IMG/VR virus record: IMGVR_UViG_3300044627_003100
Strand: one strand, 5' to 3'
DNA from: an uncultured virus (IMG/VR IMGVR_UViG_3300044627_003100)
Lineage: Duplodnaviria; Heunggongvirae; Uroviricota; Caudoviricetes
Length of the DNA stretch: 20,000 bases
The notes beneath the pieces are model-generated. The model did no database searches and was not told the DNA's origin. It worked only from the letters and a program-made list of their open reading frames with translations. The translations under genes were made by a program, and so were the position numbers. Below, in pieces: positions 16,219 to 20,000 of this stretch. Position 1 is the first letter of the stretch. Each line of letters opens with the position of its first letter.

Positions 16219-16545
16219 ATGATAGGTTGGTATAAATTAAACGAAGATAAAACAACAGAAATGTTACCGGAAGGTGAATTCCCAGCTTCTTTGACAAAAG
16301 AAACATTTGATAAAAGAAGAGTGGGGTTAGATGTTATATTAGGTCAAGAAGTGTCTACTGTTTTTTTACAATTAGATCATAACTGGGATCCAAACGGTCA
16401 ACCAGTTTTATTTGAAACTATGATATTTGGTGGAGAGTATGATGGAGAGATGTGGAGATATTGTACATGGGATGAAGCTTTAGAAGGTCATAATAAAGTT
16501 GTAAATTGTCTTAAAGAATATAAAAATCCAAAAGAAATAGAATAA
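16219..16545 (+). CDS. Conserved phage hypothetical protein
   Basis: VSTVFLQLDH...PVLFETMIFGG...RYCTWDEALEGH pattern, recognised as a recurrent uncharacterised phage family. Confidence 0.75.
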   Translation: MIGWYKLNEDKTTEMLPEGEFPASLTKETFDKRRVGLDVILGQEVSTVFLQLDHNWDPNGQPVLFETMIFGGEYDGEMWRYCTWDEALEGHNKVVNCLKEYKNPKEIE

Positions 16546-16547
16546 TT

Positions 16548-17288
16548 ATGGCAATAATTGGAATATCAGGCTATGCCGGATCAGGAAAAGACACTGTAGG
16601 TAGAATTATTCAATACTTACAATGTGCTAATGTAGGCAAACTTACATTAGAAGAAATACTAAAAAATGTAGATGATCATGATTGGTGGTTATCTGAACAA
16701 TCTGGTTGGGAAATTAAAAAATGGTCAGGTAAGCTTAAAACTATAGCTAGTATATTAACTGGCATAGATGAAAAGAAGTTTGAAGACCAAGAATTCAAAA
16801 AGACCAATCTTGGCCCTGAGTGGAATGTTTTAAAAATGAAACCAGGTAAACGTCAGAATGGAATATTTCCAAAAAAAGTAGATATGGAATCTGTTCCTAT
16901 GACTGTAAGAGACTTCTTACAAAAACTAGGTACTGATGCTATTAGAAATGGACTGCATCCTACTGCATGGGTGAATGCTCTTATGGCTGATTATAAACCT
17001 ATTAATAATTGTCAACAGCATTCAGATGAAGAAAATGAAGTAATTCCTCAATACCCTAATTGGATTATTACAGATAGTAGATTTCCTAATGATGCTAAAG
17101 TTGTTAAAGATGCAGGTGGTATTATGATACGTGTAGACCGTCCTGGAGTTATTGCAGTAAATGATCATCCATCTGAAACACAGTTAGATGATTACAATTT
17201 TGATTATAAGATTCTTAATGGTTCAGATTTAGTATCTTTGATGTTCACTGTACATAATATTTTAAAAAAAGAAAAAATACTACAATGA
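16548..17288 (+). CDS. Deoxynucleoside monophosphate kinase (T4 gp1-like)
   Basis: IIGISGYAGSGKDT P-loop, RDFLQKLGTD, ITDSRFPND and HPSE. Confidence 0.9.
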   Translation: MAIIGISGYAGSGKDTVGRIIQYLQCANVGKLTLEEILKNVDDHDWWLSEQSGWEIKKWSGKLKTIASILTGIDEKKFEDQEFKKTNLGPEWNVLKMKPGKRQNGIFPKKVDMESVPMTVRDFLQKLGTDAIRNGLHPTAWVNALMADYKPINNCQQHSDEENEVIPQYPNWIITDSRFPNDAKVVKDAGGIMIRVDRPGVIAVNDHPSETQLDDYNFDYKILNGSDLVSLMFTVHNILKKEKILQ

Positions 17289-17467
17289 CATTATTACAGA
17301 AACAAGCTATTAAGTGTGCATACGCAGACCTAAAAGGAGCACTAGAATGTTATGAAAGAGGAATTTATCATGAGCATGATTGGGAAGCACATAAGCTCAG
17401 TATAGAAGAACTTGAAGATGAATTCAAATTTTTAACAGATGAAAATATAACAAATGAAAACAAGTAA
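17285..17467 (+). CDS. Hypothetical protein
   Basis: 60-aa ORF with an ATGA overlap to the kinase stop. Confidence 0.7.
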   Translation: MTLLQKQAIKCAYADLKGALECYERGIYHEHDWEAHKLSIEELEDEFKFLTDENITNENK

Positions 17468-17699
17468 CTTAACAGAAATGGAAATCAAGTTTATGCATTA
17501 TAAACTTGGTATATTAGGTAGTGGTATGACTGCTCTTATAGATGCAATATTTAAATTAGATAGATCAAACAGAACTAAGATAGCTCTAGGTTTTCCTGAG
17601 TTGGTTACAATTTGTAACCGCTTTAATGATGAAAGTGGTTATTGGAAAGATTTAGAAAAAAGATTTGAAGAACAATTTAATTCTAAAACTAGTTTATGA
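17454..17699 (+). CDS. Hypothetical phage protein
   Basis: 81-aa ORF overlapping both neighbours. GSGMTALIDAIFKLD..N...GFPE pattern. Confidence 0.7.
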   Translation: MKTSNLTEMEIKFMHYKLGILGSGMTALIDAIFKLDRSNRTKIALGFPELVTICNRFNDESGYWKDLEKRFEEQFNSKTSL

Positions 17700-17914
17700 A
17701 AGATAGATGTATAATGTGTGACAAAATCACTTTATATGATGTTACTGATCATATAGATTCCAGATATGGATATGTTGAAGGTGCTGGTCAACTATGTATA
17801 GATTGCTATGAAAAAGCAACAAAATCTGTACAAGTGCCTGTATCTCAAATAGTTAACACACCTAATGATATGGAATTAGGTAGTAAAGTTAGAAAGTTAT
17901 ATAATAATTTATGA
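17696..17914 (+). CDS. Small zinc-binding hypothetical protein
   Basis: CIMC...YVEGAGQLCIDC (two CxxC pairs), with ATGA overlaps. Confidence 0.75.
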   Translation: MKDRCIMCDKITLYDVTDHIDSRYGYVEGAGQLCIDCYEKATKSVQVPVSQIVNTPNDMELGSKVRKLYNNL

Positions 17915-18186
17915 AGCATCCTAAAGAAGGCCTTAACACACTTCACTCAGATACGTGTGTTAAGGTTTTTGATCCTGAGTTAAAAAAGTTAATAGGCATC
18001 TATCCTAGTTATGCAAAAGCTAGTAATAGACTTGGTATAGATGCTAAAACTGTCTTGCAAAAATGTGCAAGTAAAAATAGAGTGCACTCTCCTTTATATG
18101 GAAAAGATGTTGCTTGTAGATTATCTAAAATGGAACCAGAATACAAAGAACAAATTTTAATAAGTAGATCTAAGTTTTTAAAATAA
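17911..18186 (+). CDS. NUMOD1-like helix-turn-helix DNA-binding protein
   Basis: VKVFD...LIGIYPSYAKASNRLGI resembles the NUMOD1/IENR1 motif. No nuclease domain is attached. Confidence 0.55.
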   Translation: MKHPKEGLNTLHSDTCVKVFDPELKKLIGIYPSYAKASNRLGIDAKTVLQKCASKNRVHSPLYGKDVACRLSKMEPEYKEQILISRSKFLK

Positions 18187-18193
18187 GAATAAT

Positions 18194-18727
18194 ATGATAT
18201 TAAGTGACAAAGTTATTTTAGAAGAAATCAAAACAGGTGGTATAGTGATAGAACCACTAAATCCTGCACATGTAAATCCAAACAGTGTAGATCTTACATT
18301 AGCACCTCAGTTTAAAGTTTATAAAGAGGGTGTATTAGATCCTAAAAAACCCAATGAAACTATTGAGCTCACTATTCCTGAAGAAGGGAGAATACTATAT
18401 CCCGGTGAAGTGTATTTATATGCTTGTAATGAGCGTATAGGAGTGAAGAATAATATACGTGCAAAGGTGGAAGGAAAGAGTTCTTTAGGACGTCTGGGCC
18501 TGTTTGTACATGTTACGGCCGGCTTTATAGATACAGGCTTTGAAGGAAGTTTAGTTCTAGAATTAGTAGCTACACGTGCTGTAAAAGTCTATCCTAATAT
18601 GAAGATTTGTCAAATAGAATTTGCTCGTGTAGAAGGAGAAATCTTAGAGACATATGATCAAAAGTCTGGAAGTAAATACAATGGTCAAACAGGTGTACAA
18701 GAATCAAAATATCATCAAAACTATTAA
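18194..18727 (+). CDS. dcd: dCTP deaminase
   Basis: MILSD start, NPNSVDL, EGKSSLGRLGL, AGFIDTGFEG.LVLE, ICQI and KYNGQ. Confidence 0.93.
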   Translation: MILSDKVILEEIKTGGIVIEPLNPAHVNPNSVDLTLAPQFKVYKEGVLDPKKPNETIELTIPEEGRILYPGEVYLYACNERIGVKNNIRAKVEGKSSLGRLGLFVHVTAGFIDTGFEGSLVLELVATRAVKVYPNMKICQIEFARVEGEILETYDQKSGSKYNGQTGVQESKYHQNY

Positions 18728-18737
18728 AATATAAAAT

Positions 18738-19424
18738 ATGACAACAGGTACAGTAACAATGAGTCTTTCAGATATAGATAAAATGAGAGATGACACAAAG
18801 AAAAAAGAAGAAATTATAAAAACTCTAAAAGCAGAACTTGCAAAAGAAAAAGCAGATAGACGTATTGTAAAAATTACTAAAAATTACCCTACAAGTAATA
18901 ATGTAGTGTATGATATTATATCTAAAGTAAGGAGTTTACTAAAGTCAAACTTATATAAACTAGGAATTGATGCAAAAAGTATGTATAAATTTGAAGGTAG
19001 ACTTGATCAACTATTATATAGCTATTCCATTAATTTATATACACCTACAGGTACTGATGTAATAAATGAAGTCAAAGAATATATAAATTTTGAAGATGTT
19101 CAGGCAGATATACGTCAACAAGCTGAAGATGCTGTATCACAAGAGATAGGTACATTAAAATATAAAGTGAGTACACAAGTTCAAAAACTTGCTGAACTTA
19201 GTAAAGAGTATGAAGATGAAATTATAGCTCGTACTAAAAATCATCATTCTGAAATAGAATCATATGAGTCCCGAATACAAGATCTTCAAAATAAGTATGA
19301 CGATCTTTTAAATGAAAGAGAAACTAAAACTCGTGAAAAGCAACTTGAAGAGAAAATAAAAGATCTTGAAGAAAAGTTACAAAAAGAAACTAGTAAATCT
19401 TGGATTAGTAAACTTATAAAATAA
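18738..19424 (+). CDS. Coiled-coil hypothetical protein
   Basis: Long E/K-rich heptad C-terminal half ending SWISKLIK. Confidence 0.75.
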   Translation: MTTGTVTMSLSDIDKMRDDTKKKEEIIKTLKAELAKEKADRRIVKITKNYPTSNNVVYDIISKVRSLLKSNLYKLGIDAKSMYKFEGRLDQLLYSYSINLYTPTGTDVINEVKEYINFEDVQADIRQQAEDAVSQEIGTLKYKVSTQVQKLAELSKEYEDEIIARTKNHHSEIESYESRIQDLQNKYDDLLNERETKTREKQLEEKIKDLEEKLQKETSKSWISKLIK

Positions 19425-19433
19425 TAAACATAT

Positions 19434-19817
19434 ATGATAGAAGATATACTAAAAGAAAGAAAACCTGGGGATAAGCCCAGGTTTTTTCTTCATGATGAAA
19501 TGAAGCTATGGTTGAAAGATAACTTAAAAATTTATAGTCATGCTATAACTCAAGGACAAGGACATTCTCCATTACAGAACAAGCTTAATTTATCTGCTCC
19601 TTTACCTAATGAATATGTAATTCAAACAGGTATTTCAATGGATGGAGAACAGCTTAGTTATACAACAGTGAGTATAAATTTACGTCAATATGAACAAGCT
19701 TTACAAACAATGTCTAATGTAGTAGAAACATGTATGAAAGAAATACTTATATTGCAACATGATAATAAAATGCTAAAAGAACTTATAACCCATGAACATG
19801 CTAACAAAACAACTTAA
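19434..19817 (+). CDS. Hypothetical protein
   Basis: 127-aa ORF in operon spacing. Confidence 0.7.
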   Translation: MIEDILKERKPGDKPRFFLHDEMKLWLKDNLKIYSHAITQGQGHSPLQNKLNLSAPLPNEYVIQTGISMDGEQLSYTTVSINLRQYEQALQTMSNVVETCMKEILILQHDNKMLKELITHEHANKTT

Positions 19818-20000
19818 ACGTAGCTTATATCTTGATGATATTCGTACACCAACAACGACCATTCCAGGATATAAAGAATGGGTAGTAGTGAGAAACTATA
19901 AAGAGTTTGTTGATTGGATTAGTAAGAATGGTATTCCAGATCTTATTAGTTTTGATCATGATCTTGCAAACGAACACATGACAGACTATATAAATCAAAC
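19798..20000 (+). CDS. Cyclic-phosphate-processing receiver-like domain protein (3' truncated; not in the ORF track)
   Basis: MLTKQLKRSLYLDDIRTP...WVVVRNYKEFVDWI...PDLISFDHDL: the LDDxR and SFDHDL signatures. The frame is open to the window end. Confidence 0.8.
   Translation, partial: MLTKQLKRSLYLDDIRTPTTTIPGYKEWVVVRNYKEFVDWISKNGIPDLISFDHDLANEHMTDYINQ

Noticed and set aside
16548..18727. Modified-base (dU/hmU) genome system suggested by dNMP kinase + dCTP deaminase + PolB
   Set aside because: These enzymes commonly just boost dTTP supply in AT-rich phages. No hydroxymethylase, UDG inhibitor or base-modifying enzyme is visible in the window.
1..20000. Stop-codon reassignment (TAG or TGA) as in some crAss-like phages
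   Set aside because: Genes are full length and densely tiled under the standard code. TAG and TGA occur as plausible real stops (e.g. 10009-10011, 12645-12647, and ATGA overlaps).

Overview
AT-rich, gene-dense segment of a lytic dsDNA tailed-phage genome that very likely infects a Bacteroidota host. Host evidence: TAnnTTTG -7 promoter boxes, A-rich translation starts without Shine-Dalgarno sequences, and a crAss-like/Flavobacteria-phage-like replication gene set. Layout: (1) the 3' end of a probable MoxR/RavA-type AAA+ ATPase and its vWA/MIDAS partner (+, 1-2121). (2) A 2.1-kb minus-strand lysis island (4264->2156): repeat-domain protein, coiled-coil/TM protein, spanin-like lipoprotein, holin-like protein, Amidase_3 endolysin, and an unannotated 40-aa cationic peptide ending YRGQGK. 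(3) A long plus-strand replication/recombination/nucleotide-metabolism block: stand-alone DnaA domain IV protein, unknown ORF, DnaB-like helicase, Sak4-like ATPase, SSB-like protein, Toprim primase, HNH, PD-(D/E)XK nuclease, family B DNA polymerase, DUF932-like protein, dNMP kinase, dCTP deaminase, many small hypotheticals, and a truncated cyclic-phosphate-processing receiver-like gene. The most interesting signals are the DnaA-DBD/ORF/N-truncated DnaB initiation module and the atypical lysis cassette. No tRNA, rRNA, CRISPR array, integrase or transposase was seen. All family calls come from motif recognition by eye, not database searches.
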